A stretch of DNA of 32,000 nucleotides, taken from positions 60,001 through 92,000 of the forward strand of contig NZ_JHUX01000007.1 in assembly GCF_000619845.1 (NCBI RefSeq), read 5' to 3'. The translations under genes were made by a program, and so were the position numbers. The DNA is from Alkanindiges illinoisensis DSM 15370 (GTDB taxonomy: Bacteria; Pseudomonadota; Gammaproteobacteria; Pseudomonadales; Moraxellaceae). Position 1 is the stretch's first letter. Each line of letters starts with the position of its first letter. A model generated the notes under the pieces. It saw only the letters and a program-made list of their open reading frames with translations, did no database searches and was not told the origin of the DNA. Below, piece after piece: positions 17,678-27,348 of the stretch.

Positions 17678-18457
17678 TTATTGCTCACTCATAATCTGCT
17701 CAATTTCAATTTTGGCTTGCTGTTTTAAGCGCTCACTCAACTGCTGCAAGGTTTCTTCAATATAAATTTCCGCTTCCAGCCACAGCGCATCCTTAAGCGC
17801 CTGCACCTGACTGGTATGTTGTTGTAATAGCTGTGCAGCCTGTTCCTGTTGACGCTGTTCCTGCCTGAGTTTGGCAGCTTGTTGTTCAGCAAGGCGCTGT
17901 TCTTCCAGCAGGCGTTGTTCCTGCTCTAGCCGTTGCAGCTCAGCTTGTTCTTGTCTGGCTTGCTCAGCCAGTCGTTGCTGCTCTTGTGCTTCACGCTCGG
18001 CAGCTTCTTTGGCCAGCCGTTCACGTTCAGCTTCTTCTGCCTGCTGGCGCGCCAGTTGTTCCTGGGCAAGGCGTTGCTGTTCACGTTGTTGCTCTAGCTC
18101 ACGCTGTTCTTGTTCCAGCCTTAAGCGATCAGCTTCTGCCTGCTCGCGCGCGAGCTGTTCCTGCCGCTGGCGCTCTTTTTCTTCGGCTTCGGCTTTTTCA
18201 CGGGCCAGTTGCTCGGCGCGCTGACGTTCCAGTTCCTGCTGGCGTTGCTGTTCTTCCAGCGCGGCTTTAACCAGTGCCTGATGCTGTTGCTCACGCTGTG
18301 CATCGGCAATTTGCCACTGGTTAAAGTCAGTTTCCACTTCCAGCAACTGGCAAATACTGTCCAGTTCACTAAAAACCTGCTGGCGCACCGCTTCTGGCGC
18401 TGCCAACCAACGCATCTGGAAGTCACGGCCCACATTTAACGCCATAATTTTTCCCAA
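17678..18457 (-). CDS. hypothetical protein with a ~160-aa Gln/Glu/Arg/Ala-rich predicted helical (coiled-coil or single-alpha-helix) core
   Basis: 259-aa ORF downstream of holC on the same strand, with ordered-looking N- and C-terminal ends. Alternative start is ATG 18445 (MALNVG...). Confidence 0.6.
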   Translation of the reverse strand: MGKIMALNVGRDFQMRWLAAPEAVRQQVFSELDSICQLLEVETDFNQWQIADAQREQQHQALVKAALEEQQRQQELERQRAEQLAREKAEAEEKERQRQEQLAREQAEADRLRLEQEQRELEQQREQQRLAQEQLARQQAEEAERERLAKEAAEREAQEQQRLAEQARQEQAELQRLEQEQRLLEEQRLAEQQAAKLRQEQRQQEQAAQLLQQHTSQVQALKDALWLEAEIYIEETLQQLSERLKQQAKIEIEQIMSEQ

Positions 18458-18535
18458 AAACTAACCGATTTTAAATACATCAATTGCAATGGATTAGAAT
18501 ACTTGATCTGCATTTTCATCCATGTCAGCAATAAG

Positions 18536-18940
18536 CTACACCTGATAAGTCACTGGTTCAATGCCTAATGCACGGTAAGCCTTAAAACGTTCACGACCTA
18601 CGGCTTTGGCAGCGTCTGTATTTTCAATTATTTCCAGCACACGACCAAATCGCTGTGGATCAACAATTGCCTGACCAAGATTCAGGCAGTCGCCCTTAAA
18701 CTGTTCCGGCAAAGTCAGGCTCAGGCAAATGGGTGAGTGCAAGCTGTCGATGTCATGGGCCACAAAGCTGGCCGGGTCAAATTGCCACAGCAAGGCATCA
18801 AACTGTTGCATGGCATCCAGATCATCAAACTTGACCAGCAGGGGCTGCTGGGCAGTCTGAATGCTCTTGCGGCAAATCCGGCAGGCCAGATCGACCTGCC
18901 GGATCTGGCTTTGGATAAGATAAAACCCAACATCAGCCAT
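18536..18940 (-). CDS. holC: DNA polymerase III subunit chi
   Basis: 134 aa starting MADVGFYLIQ... with ...FDALLWQFDP.SF..H. typical of chi. The pepA-holC linkage matches that in E. coli. Confidence 0.8.
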   Translation of the reverse strand: MADVGFYLIQSQIRQVDLACRICRKSIQTAQQPLLVKFDDLDAMQQFDALLWQFDPASFVAHDIDSLHSPICLSLTLPEQFKGDCLNLGQAIVDPQRFGRVLEIIENTDAAKAVGRERFKAYRALGIEPVTYQV

Positions 18941-18950
18941 GTGTTATCAC

Positions 18951-20510
18951 TTACTGTACGTTCTGACTCTGACTGGCTTGACTACGCGTACGCAGGAATT
19001 GCATCAGCAATGGCACTGGACGACCTGTTGCACCTTTATTGCTGCCCGATAGCCATGCTACCCCGGCAATATCCAGATGCGCCCAGCGATATTCCTTGGT
19101 AAAGCGTTGCAGGAAACACGCAGCAGTAATGGCACCGCCGTAAGGCCCACCAATGTTGCCCATATCGGCAATCGGGGAGTCCAGCAGTTCCTGATAGTCA
19201 TCAATCACTGGCATGCGCCATACCCGGTCATGCGATTGCTGACCAGCTTCCAGCAGCTCAGTGGCCAGTTCATTATCCGGACTAAACAAGCCAGCCAGTA
19301 CCTTGCCCAGTGCAACCACGCAGGCGCCCGTTAAGGTAGCAATATCAATTACAGTATCCGGATTAAAGCGCTTGATATAGGTCAGGGCATCGCACAGCAC
19401 CAGACGACCTTCAGCATCGGTATTTAAGATTTCAACCGTTTGCCCGCTCATGGTGGTGACAATATCACCCGGGCGGGTCGCGCGGCCAGAGGGCATGTTT
19501 TCGGCACACACCAGTGTTCCCACCACATTGATGGGCAGTCTGGCTTCACACAGGGCTTGCAGCGTACCTAGTACCGATGCTGCACCACACATGTCAAACT
19601 TCATTTCATCCATGCCAGCAGCTGGCTTGATCGAAATACCGCCAGTATCAAAGGTAATTCCTTTGCCCACCAGCACCACAGGTTTGCCTGAATCCGACTG
19701 AAAATCATCCGGCTTGCCTTTATATTCCAGAATCACCAAACGCGCTTCACGCTCGGAACCTTTGCTTACTGCCAGCAATGCATTCATGCCCAGTTCCTGC
19801 ATGGCTGCTTCATCCAGCACGGAAACATTCAGCAGATCGGGGTATTGCTGTGCCAGTTGTAAGGCTTGCTCTGCCATATATTCAGGATGGCACACATTGG
19901 CAGGCTGATTGCCTACATCCTTGGCCAGTGACTGGCCCTTTGCCACAGCTTGCAGGTAATCAATACGGGATTGCAGTTCATTAGCACGGGTACTGTGCAA
20001 GACAATGCTGTCCAGAATGGTTTCAGATTTTTTACTCTTATAAGTATCAAAGCGGTAGGCGGCATTACTCAACGCCAGTACAAATGGCTCAATGGTCTGG
20101 TCAGCCAGTGCATCCAGTGAAATCACTGCTTGCGCCGTCCGGTTGGCCAATGCCTTATAAATACTAGTAGCCAGTGTTTGCGCCTGTCCGGCAGTCATCT
20201 TTTCCAACGCGCCAGCACCCACCAGCAAAACCTGGGAAAAATCAGTATTATTTAACTGATAAACTGGCAGGGTTTCGCCCAGTTTGGCCTTGAACTGGGC
20301 ACGCTCAATCTGGGTGGAGAGTTGCTGTTGCACATCACTGGGTAGCTGGTCGTGTGACTGTACCAGTGTTTCCTGATCCAGAATTAATACCAGCGTGGCA
20401 TTACTATTGGCGGTACTGCCAGTGGTTGTGTCTGAGGTTGGTAAAAGTTTGTTCTGTAAATTCAGTTTCATGTATTGACCTTGCATCATCGTGGCGAAGC
20501 AGTATTCCAT
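18951..20510 (-). CDS. pepA: leucyl aminopeptidase (M17); likely start is ATG at 20471
   Basis: VGKGITFDTGGISIKP, NTDAEGRLVLCDAL and HLDIAG motifs are present. AAGG SD lies 7 nt upstream of the internal ATG (MKLNLQ...). Confidence 0.9.
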   Translation of the reverse strand: MEYCFATMMQGQYMKLNLQNKLLPTSDTTTGSTANSNATLVLILDQETLVQSHDQLPSDVQQQLSTQIERAQFKAKLGETLPVYQLNNTDFSQVLLVGAGALEKMTAGQAQTLATSIYKALANRTAQAVISLDALADQTIEPFVLALSNAAYRFDTYKSKKSETILDSIVLHSTRANELQSRIDYLQAVAKGQSLAKDVGNQPANVCHPEYMAEQALQLAQQYPDLLNVSVLDEAAMQELGMNALLAVSKGSEREARLVILEYKGKPDDFQSDSGKPVVLVGKGITFDTGGISIKPAAGMDEMKFDMCGAASVLGTLQALCEARLPINVVGTLVCAENMPSGRATRPGDIVTTMSGQTVEILNTDAEGRLVLCDALTYIKRFNPDTVIDIATLTGACVVALGKVLAGLFSPDNELATELLEAGQQSHDRVWRMPVIDDYQELLDSPIADMGNIGGPYGGAITAACFLQRFTKEYRWAHLDIAGVAWLSGSNKGATGRPVPLLMQFLRTRSQASQSQNVQ

Positions 20511-20624
20511 TAAAACACTGTCCTGCTAGACTTGAACAGCCTAAATTGATACGCCACGTACTATTTTTTTAAGGTATAAGTACTTAAACTTGGCATTTTG
20601 TAATAGCCCTTTGTCATCACCCTT

Positions 20625-21752
20625 TTGGGTTTACTGTGGATAGCCCTTTTGATCATTCGTCGTTATTTGGTTCGTCAGGTTCTTAGCACCAGTGCTGTTA
20701 CACTTAGCCTGTGTACACTCATATTATTAGGTGGACGGCTGATCAAGTATTTTGGAACAGCAGCACAGGGCCGTCTGGATGCCAGTGTACTATTTACTAT
20801 TATTGCTTTTCGCTTGCCGGAATTTTTAACTCTGACGTTACCACTAGGTTTTTTTGTGGGCCTGATGCTGGTGTTTGGCCGCCTGTATGTTGACCATGAA
20901 ATGGCGGTGCTTAACAGTAGCGGCGTGAGTCGTGATAGTCTGGGTGTATTACTAATTCCCATGACACTACTACTGATTGTAGCCGAAGCCGCGCTGGTCA
21001 TCCAGATTACTCCCTGGGGTAACCGCAAGTTTGATCAGTTGTACGCTACCCAAGCTGTTCGTAGTGCATTTGATTTGGTGCAACCCCGAGAATTTATCTC
21101 AAATGGACGCTATACAATTTATGCTGGTTCCCTGTCGGATGACCGCCGTGATTTACAGGATATTTTCTTTTATGAACACAGTGAGCAACCCAACAAACCG
21201 GACATGCTGATTATGGCTGAACGGGCAACCCGCGTGGTTGATCCAACGAATCGTGCCAGCGTTGTCGACCTGACCCGTGGCCGCCGCTATGAAATTTATC
21301 CCGGCAAGCCTGAATACACCCATGCTGAATTTGCTACTTACCGTTTGCGCATTGAGCATGAAAGTGATCCTGAGCTTGGCACCCAGCGGGTAGAAGCCAT
21401 GAGCATGACAGCACTGACCAAGCGCCTGGATGAACCGGTGGTCAGAAGTGAGTTTGGCTGGCGCTTGAGTGCGCCATGGGTGATGGCGCTGGCATTAATT
21501 CTGGCGCTCCCCTTGTCGCAGGTGAATCCACGGCAGGGGCGCTATTACCGCTTGATACCTGCCATTCTGATTTTTGCCAGCCTGATTGTGGCTTTAATAG
21601 CAGTTAAAACCCGTATTACCAAAGACCAGCTGGGTTTGTGGGGTTATCCGCTGGTGCTGGTCATTTATCTTGTGGTGGGCTTGCTTCTGTCACGGCGGCA
21701 GCGACTGTCACCACAGGCTGCCAAACGCATCAAGGAGGCGGCCCGGACATGA
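20625..21752 (+). CDS. lptF: LPS export ABC transporter permease LptF (non-ATG start; TTG 20649 would give MIIRRYL...)
   Basis: IIRRYLVRQVL N-terminus with YjgP/YjgQ topology. It is divergent from pepA, as in E. coli. Confidence 0.85.
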   Translation: MGLLWIALLIIRRYLVRQVLSTSAVTLSLCTLILLGGRLIKYFGTAAQGRLDASVLFTIIAFRLPEFLTLTLPLGFFVGLMLVFGRLYVDHEMAVLNSSGVSRDSLGVLLIPMTLLLIVAEAALVIQITPWGNRKFDQLYATQAVRSAFDLVQPREFISNGRYTIYAGSLSDDRRDLQDIFFYEHSEQPNKPDMLIMAERATRVVDPTNRASVVDLTRGRRYEIYPGKPEYTHAEFATYRLRIEHESDPELGTQRVEAMSMTALTKRLDEPVVRSEFGWRLSAPWVMALALILALPLSQVNPRQGRYYRLIPAILIFASLIVALIAVKTRITKDQLGLWGYPLVLVIYLVVGLLLSRRQRLSPQAAKRIKEAART

Positions 21753-22822
21753 CATCAATTCTAATGTTAGCTCGGCATGTCATTAAAACATCCGGCTTGG
21801 CGATGCTAGGTGCAGCAATCATACTATTGATTCTGTTTATGCTGTTTTCCTATATTGCCGAGCTGGGTGAATTAAAGGAAGGCTACAGTGCCTTAAATGC
21901 GTTTACTTATATTTTGTGGCAGGCTCCCAAGTTTTTGTATGACATCCTGCCCATTGCCGGCCTAATGGGTGCGGTTATTGGTTTAGGGTCCTTAGCGTCC
22001 AGTAGTGAACTGATTGTTATGCGCTCAGTAGGGATCAGCCTGTGGCGTATTGTGAGCTGGGTGTTATGGCCTGCCTTAGTGCTAGTGATTGTTTCATTTG
22101 CCTTAAGCCAATGGATTTTGCCCTATACCAACGAACAGGCACGTGCTATCCAGAAGCAGGGCGGTCAGTCAGTTAAAATTGGTGAGGTACATGGCTACTG
22201 GACCCGTGAAGGCAATCGCTATATTTATGTGAACTATGCCAATTCAATGGGCCAGCTTAAGCAGGTTGAAGTAATTGACCTGAACGAAAAATACCGTATT
22301 ACCCAGACGCTGACTGCCCAAACGGGTGAATTTATGCAAAACCAGCAGTGGCAACTGGAGAGTGTAAATCAAATCCAGATTCAGCCGGATGGCAGTGCCA
22401 AACTAATTCATAACAATCATCTAAACCTGCCATTGGGTTTGCAACCGCGCTTTGTCCAGACCGTTACAGTAGCACCGGACGATCTGGCACCTACCCAGCT
22501 GATTGAGTACATGCGCTATTTGTCAGCCAGCGCGCAAGTGCCAAAACCCTATGTGCTGGCGCTATGGCAAAAAATTGCCGCCCCATTTGCCCTGATTTCG
22601 CTGGTAGTGATTGCCTGCTCATTTATTTTTGGGCCGCTACGCCAGCAGTCTATCGGTTTTCGGTTAGTAATAGCCCTGTTTATTGGATTGGGCTTTCGCT
22701 ATTTGCAAGACTTTTTAAGCTATGCCAGCCTGGTGTATTCACCGTCACCTGCATGGTTTGTCCTGTTACCAATTGTAATTTGTTTTGGCTTTGGCGCGTA
22801 TTTGCTCAATCGTGCAAAGTAG
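21749..22822 (+). CDS. lptG: LPS export ABC transporter permease LptG
   Basis: ATG 21749 overlaps the lptF stop (ATGA). It belongs to the YjgP/YjgQ family with a periplasmic beta-jellyroll insert. The longer 21638 ORF start is an in-frame read-through of the lptF 3' end. Confidence 0.85.
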   Translation: MTSILMLARHVIKTSGLAMLGAAIILLILFMLFSYIAELGELKEGYSALNAFTYILWQAPKFLYDILPIAGLMGAVIGLGSLASSSELIVMRSVGISLWRIVSWVLWPALVLVIVSFALSQWILPYTNEQARAIQKQGGQSVKIGEVHGYWTREGNRYIYVNYANSMGQLKQVEVIDLNEKYRITQTLTAQTGEFMQNQQWQLESVNQIQIQPDGSAKLIHNNHLNLPLGLQPRFVQTVTVAPDDLAPTQLIEYMRYLSASAQVPKPYVLALWQKIAAPFALISLVVIACSFIFGPLRQQSIGFRLVIALFIGLGFRYLQDFLSYASLVYSPSPAWFVLLPIVICFGFGAYLLNRAK

Positions 22823-22891
22823 CCGGATGACGACATCTTACTCAATGACAAGACCTTAGCCATTAATTCGGATGTAAGCAGGAGCAGGATT

Positions 22892-23788
22892 ATGCCAACA
22901 GTCATGACGCGTGACCAGCAACTATTGTACGTCCGTGTGGTTGGGCAAGGCCAGCCAGTATTGATGCTGCATGGACTGGGCATGCAAAGCAGCCAGTGGC
23001 TACCCTTTATTTTGCCTTTTATCCGGCATTTTAAATTTTACATGCCGGATTTTCGGGGTTTTGGCAAGTCAAAGGCACTGCGCCTGAATCAACCGGATGT
23101 TTTTGAAAACCATGCGCAGGATGTGCTGGATGTTATCCATCATGTTGACTTAAAAGATTTTTATCTGGTGGGTTATTCGCTGGGAGCCAGTACAGCATTG
23201 CATTTGCAGCATAGCCCTGAGTTTGCACAGGTACGCCGTTATTTGCACATTGACCAGTCACCTTGTGTGAGAAATCGGCCAGACTGGAATTATGGATTGT
23301 TTGGCACGCAGCAGGCGCAATTATTTAGTCAGTTTCAGCACATGCTGGATATTATTGCGCCGTTTGAAAACCACTTGTTGTTACAGCAGTTGCCCTATGC
23401 TACCCGGCGTCAGGCAGTGGCTGTTCTGGGGGAAATTTTTGAAACCATGCTGGGCAAGCCGCTAATCAAGCATGTGTTTAATCTGTCTGCACAACTGCCT
23501 GTACTGATGCCGCATGTTATTGCGCTATCAAGGCTGGAAGATATCCGTTTGTATTTGAATGCTTATATGGCTGGGCAACACGACTACCGTGAAATTCTGG
23601 GGCGATGGCAAATTCCAACCACCGTAATGATTGGGATGCAGTCACCTTTGTATCATGCCTGTGGTCAGCGTGTGATTAGCGACAAAATGCAGCCAGCACA
23701 TGTGGTGGAGTTTCAAAAATCCGGCCATACCCCGTTATTGGATGAACCTATCAAGTTTGTTCGTGAGTTAGGACGGTTCTTAAACTAA
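22892..23788 (+). CDS. alpha/beta-fold hydrolase
   Basis: HGLG oxyanion motif, nucleophile elbow GYSLGAS, and C-terminal ...SGHTP (His). GC content is core-like. Confidence 0.7.
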   Translation: MPTVMTRDQQLLYVRVVGQGQPVLMLHGLGMQSSQWLPFILPFIRHFKFYMPDFRGFGKSKALRLNQPDVFENHAQDVLDVIHHVDLKDFYLVGYSLGASTALHLQHSPEFAQVRRYLHIDQSPCVRNRPDWNYGLFGTQQAQLFSQFQHMLDIIAPFENHLLLQQLPYATRRQAVAVLGEIFETMLGKPLIKHVFNLSAQLPVLMPHVIALSRLEDIRLYLNAYMAGQHDYREILGRWQIPTTVMIGMQSPLYHACGQRVISDKMQPAHVVEFQKSGHTPLLDEPIKFVRELGRFLN

Positions 23789-23978
23789 AGCGCATTTAGA
23801 GTTAAAAAAGGCAATTGCATCACGTTAACCAAGCAAGATTGTGGTAAAAAACCAGTAAATGATAAATAAGAATATTTTATTTAGATTAACTTAAAATTAA
23901 TAAAAAATATTATAAAAAACAAATGATAATGTATATAAATTTAGTAAAATAAAAAGCGAATACAAAAAGCTACAATAC

Positions 23979-23996
23979 ATAGACCGAGTGGTCTAT
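23979..23996. promoter_or_regulatory. inverted repeat ATAGACC-gagt-GGTCTAT 41 nt upstream of vgrG, within a very AT-rich leader
   Basis: Perfect 7-bp arms read directly. A GAATTC site abuts it at 23999-24004. Confidence 0.3.
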
Positions 23997-24036
23997 TAGA
24001 ATTCGCAAAATTTTACAAAGCACCATAATAATTTCA

Positions 24037-27000
24037 ATGATGAGCCTATTTAATGCACTGGTTCAGTGGACTTTAGATCCGCAGCACCGTGCGCTTCGAA
24101 TTCAATTTTCCAATGCTGGACTCAATCCACAGGTATTTTTGCAGCGCATAGAAGGCCGTCATGTGATCAATGAAGGCTTAAGTGCTGAACTCTTATGCCT
24201 TTCACATAACCCTTATATTGCCTTAAAACAGTTTATTGGCAGTCAGGTCGTGGTCGCGCAATTAACGGATACCGGATTGTGGCATCGTACCTCGGGCATT
24301 ATTACCGGGGTTAGTGCTGGCGATAGTGATGGGGCATTAACCCCTTACAAGCTCACGCTGCAGGACACAACCAGTCTTTGGCACAAGCGGCGCAATAGCC
24401 GGGTATTCATGAACAAAACTGTGGTCGAGATCAGCCAGATTCTATGTGCTGAGTGGCAAGCCAAAAGCCCATTGTTTGCTGCCAGCCTGACGCTTGATGT
24501 GCAAGGTTTAACTCAAAATTATGATATCCGGCCCTTTGTCATGCAGTCCAATGAATCGGATTATGACTTTCTAACCCGGCTCTGGCGCAGTGAAGGGATT
24601 AACTGGCTAATTGATGAAACCAGCTATTTGTCCAGTGATGCCAGTCTGCTAGAACCACAACGCCTGCGCCTGATTGATGACAACCGGCATTATTCTGCCT
24701 TACAGCGTCAGATCATCGATTATCATCAGAGCAGTGCCACGGAACAGTATGACCATATTACCCACCTGACTGCGATACGTACGCTACAACCCAATGCAGT
24801 ACAGGTACAACACTGGCAGGCACAGCATCTGGAAACAGAAACAGGTGCTGGCAGTGTTGTCAGTCCGCATCAGCATAGTGAAAACCAGGCTAGCGCCAGC
24901 TTGAGCCTGGAGCAGGCCTGGGCGATTAGTCCAGCTTGGGTACAGGATTTGAAGGGTGAAGATGGTGCTACCCCGTCAGGCAATGCCCAGCTGGAAAAGC
25001 TCAACCGCAACCTGCGTGAGCAACATGACAGCCAGGCCAAGCAATTTACTGCCTTCAGCAGCGTACGTGATAGTCAAACGGGCTACTGGTTTACGCTAAA
25101 CCGTCATCCTGAAATTGATGGGCATGTAGACAGTGAGCGGGAATTTTTAATTACTGCCAGACAGTTTTATAACCAGAATAATTTGCCCAAGGACTTAAAA
25201 CAGCAAATCACCTCGCTACTGCTACACAATCACTGGCACTACCCTGAAAAACAGCAGGATGAACGGCAGGGCAATCAGCTGACCTTGATCCGCCGTAGTA
25301 TTCCTGTCAAACCCGAGTACAACCCGCTACATCACCGCCCGGCAGCCTATCCGCAACGCGCCCGGGTAGTTGGCCCGGAATCTGAAACTATCCATGTGGA
25401 TGCATGGGGCCGTATTAAAGTTCAGTTCCTGTTTACCCGCATGGAAGACCACCAGCACAGTGGCGGCGCAGGCAGTAGTAATAGTGATCAGGATTCTGCC
25501 TGGGTTGATGTGTTAACCCCGTGGGCTGGCGAGGGCTATGGCGCGCGGTTTCTGCCTCGTATTGGTGAAATGGTGGTAGTGGATTTCTTTGATGGCAATA
25601 TTGACCGGCCTTTCGTGACTGGCCGTATCCATGAAGCACAGCGCCATCCCACCCGGTTTGATGTTAAAGGCCAGTTGCCTGATACCAAGCGCTTAAGTGG
25701 CATTCGCTCACAAGAAGTGGGCGGTAGCGGCTTTAACCAGTTACGGTTTGACGATACCACTGGTCAAATTAGTGCCCAGTTGCATAGCAGTCATGGCGCC
25801 AGTCAACTGAATCTGGGCAATTTAAGCCATCCAAAGGAATCTGAAACCAGCGCAGGCCGTGGCGAAGGCTTTGAATTAAGAACCGATGCCTGGGGCGCAG
25901 TACGGGCAGGCAAAGGCATGCTGATCTCTACCTATGCGCAGGAACAGGCTATTTCTGACCATCTGGCCGCAGCAGAAGCGCAGTCCTTACTGGCACAAGG
26001 CCATGAAAGCATGAAAATGCTCAGTGAAATTGCCCTAAAACAGCAAGCTGATGCACTGGATGTCATTCATCGCCTGCCACGTTTTATTGAATCACTGGAG
26101 CTTAAAAGCAGCAACCATGCCTTAAATACCACCCTGAATTTATTTAAAAACGGCTTAAATAATGACCCCTTAATGGCGCTCAAAGATTGCGGCGGCTTCA
26201 TCAATGATATTGGTGCCATTCAGGATAATGTCAGCGGTATTGTTGACGAATTTAACCAGTATTTTAATAATGCAGCAGAAGCCGTTGAAAACCTCAAAGG
26301 CTTTATTGAAACGCTTGAAAATCATGGCACAGAAACCATTAGTGCACGGCTAGCCAGCTTAAAGCAAAATATCAAAACTAATCCCTTGCAAACCCTGAAA
26401 GACGTTGGCGCCGTTTTAAGGGATATTGATATTAATTCAGAAGATTTTATTAATGTCTGCGGCAGCTTTGGCGGTGGTAGTAATGATATTACCCCGACCA
26501 AAGCACTTGGTCAGCTTCAAAGCTTTATGGAAAGCCATACCCAAAAGCTGGAACAAAGTGCAGATGCCAGTCAGCAGGAGCAGGGTAAAATCTTCAGGCA
26601 GGCAGTGATGCTGCTGGCCTCACCCAATGGCATTGCCTTGACTACCCCTGAAAATATCATCTTGCAGGCATCCCAGGATATATCCAGTAGTGCCAATGGC
26701 TCAATCAATCTCAGCGCCCAGAAAAATATCATTGGCCATGCTCAGGATAAAATCAGTCTGTTTGCTGCCCAGAAAGGCATCAAGGCATTTGCTGCCAAGG
26801 GCAAAATTGAACTGCAGGCACAGGATGATGCGTTGGAGGCCATTGCCCGCAAAGTGATTAAACTCATTTCTACCGAAGAAAAAATAGAACTGACCAGCCC
26901 CAAGGAGATTGTACTCACGGCTGGTGGTTCGCAGCTCATTATTAATGGTAGTGGTGTATTTATAAAGACCGGTGGAAAGTTTGAATGTAAGGCTGGACAG

Positions 27001-27315
27001 CATGTGTTTGAGGGTGGAGCGAAGGTTTCATATGAACTTCCCAAACTTGCCAATACCCCTATATTTAGTAATCGCTTAGATATTTATGACCTGTTCTGGG
27101 AAAGTGATTTTAGCAAGTTAAGTTATAAAGCATTTATACCAGAAACCAATGTATTGCTTTCTGGGCAAGTAGATGAACATGGCCGTACTGCGAAGATTAC
27201 TACAGCAGATCCGTCAAAGGTACAAGTATTAATAGGTTCTAATGATAATTGGGGTTTATCTATAGATGGTTTCGATGCTGAAGATTTTATCGATAATTTA
27301 GATACTAATGATTAG
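24037..27315 (+). CDS. vgrG: type VI secretion system spike protein VgrG with helical insert, DUF2345-like repeat region and a low-GC C-terminal tail
   Basis: 1092 aa with a gp27/gp5-like core (…RPFVMQSNESDYDFLTRLW…, …GEMVVVDFFDGNIDRPFVTGRIH…, …GFNQLRFDDTTGQ…) followed by beta-helix repeats (…SINLSAQKNI…IELQAQDD…). Confidence 0.95.
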   Translation: MMSLFNALVQWTLDPQHRALRIQFSNAGLNPQVFLQRIEGRHVINEGLSAELLCLSHNPYIALKQFIGSQVVVAQLTDTGLWHRTSGIITGVSAGDSDGALTPYKLTLQDTTSLWHKRRNSRVFMNKTVVEISQILCAEWQAKSPLFAASLTLDVQGLTQNYDIRPFVMQSNESDYDFLTRLWRSEGINWLIDETSYLSSDASLLEPQRLRLIDDNRHYSALQRQIIDYHQSSATEQYDHITHLTAIRTLQPNAVQVQHWQAQHLETETGAGSVVSPHQHSENQASASLSLEQAWAISPAWVQDLKGEDGATPSGNAQLEKLNRNLREQHDSQAKQFTAFSSVRDSQTGYWFTLNRHPEIDGHVDSEREFLITARQFYNQNNLPKDLKQQITSLLLHNHWHYPEKQQDERQGNQLTLIRRSIPVKPEYNPLHHRPAAYPQRARVVGPESETIHVDAWGRIKVQFLFTRMEDHQHSGGAGSSNSDQDSAWVDVLTPWAGEGYGARFLPRIGEMVVVDFFDGNIDRPFVTGRIHEAQRHPTRFDVKGQLPDTKRLSGIRSQEVGGSGFNQLRFDDTTGQISAQLHSSHGASQLNLGNLSHPKESETSAGRGEGFELRTDAWGAVRAGKGMLISTYAQEQAISDHLAAAEAQSLLAQGHESMKMLSEIALKQQADALDVIHRLPRFIESLELKSSNHALNTTLNLFKNGLNNDPLMALKDCGGFINDIGAIQDNVSGIVDEFNQYFNNAAEAVENLKGFIETLENHGTETISARLASLKQNIKTNPLQTLKDVGAVLRDIDINSEDFINVCGSFGGGSNDITPTKALGQLQSFMESHTQKLEQSADASQQEQGKIFRQAVMLLASPNGIALTTPENIILQASQDISSSANGSINLSAQKNIIGHAQDKISLFAAQKGIKAFAAKGKIELQAQDDALEAIARKVIKLISTEEKIELTSPKEIVLTAGGSQLIINGSGVFIKTGGKFECKAGQHVFEGGAKVSYELPKLANTPIFSNRLDIYDLFWESDFSKLSYKAFIPETNVLLSGQVDEHGRTAKITTADPSKVQVLIGSNDNWGLSIDGFDAEDFIDNLDTND

Positions 27316-27348
27316 CCAGCATATATAGGAATAATAAGGGTTAAAGCA

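Noticed and set aside
17871-18270. ORFs 17871-18224 (+, 117 aa, Cys/Ser/Arg-rich) and 17986-18270 (+), and the 18121-18435 (-) alternative frame
   Set aside because: They are mirror or alternate frames of the Q/E/R-rich low-complexity gene 17678-18457. Repetitive CAG/GAG/CGC codons keep several frames open, and these ORFs have no SD and implausible composition.
21638-21748. Long N-terminal extension of the lptG ORF (start at 21638)
   Set aside because: The extension reads through the lptF 3' end in another frame. The ATG at 21749 overlapping the lptF stop (ATGA) gives a canonical LptG N-terminus.
22892-23788. Alpha/beta hydrolase immediately upstream of vgrG as a possible Tle-type lipase effector
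   Set aside because: It has core-like GC content and is a small BioH/MhpC-like fold without effector-type extensions. It is separated from vgrG by a 250-bp AT-rich promoter region. The real cargo lies downstream of vgrG.
24378-24393. TGGCAC-containing sigma-54-like matches inside coding sequence, for example TGGCACAAGCGGCGCA in vgrG, plus others at ~13563, 15018, 21375, 23303 and 25232
   Set aside because: TGGCAC is common in this GC-rich coding DNA. These copies are intragenic and lack the TTG at -12 or a downstream start codon.
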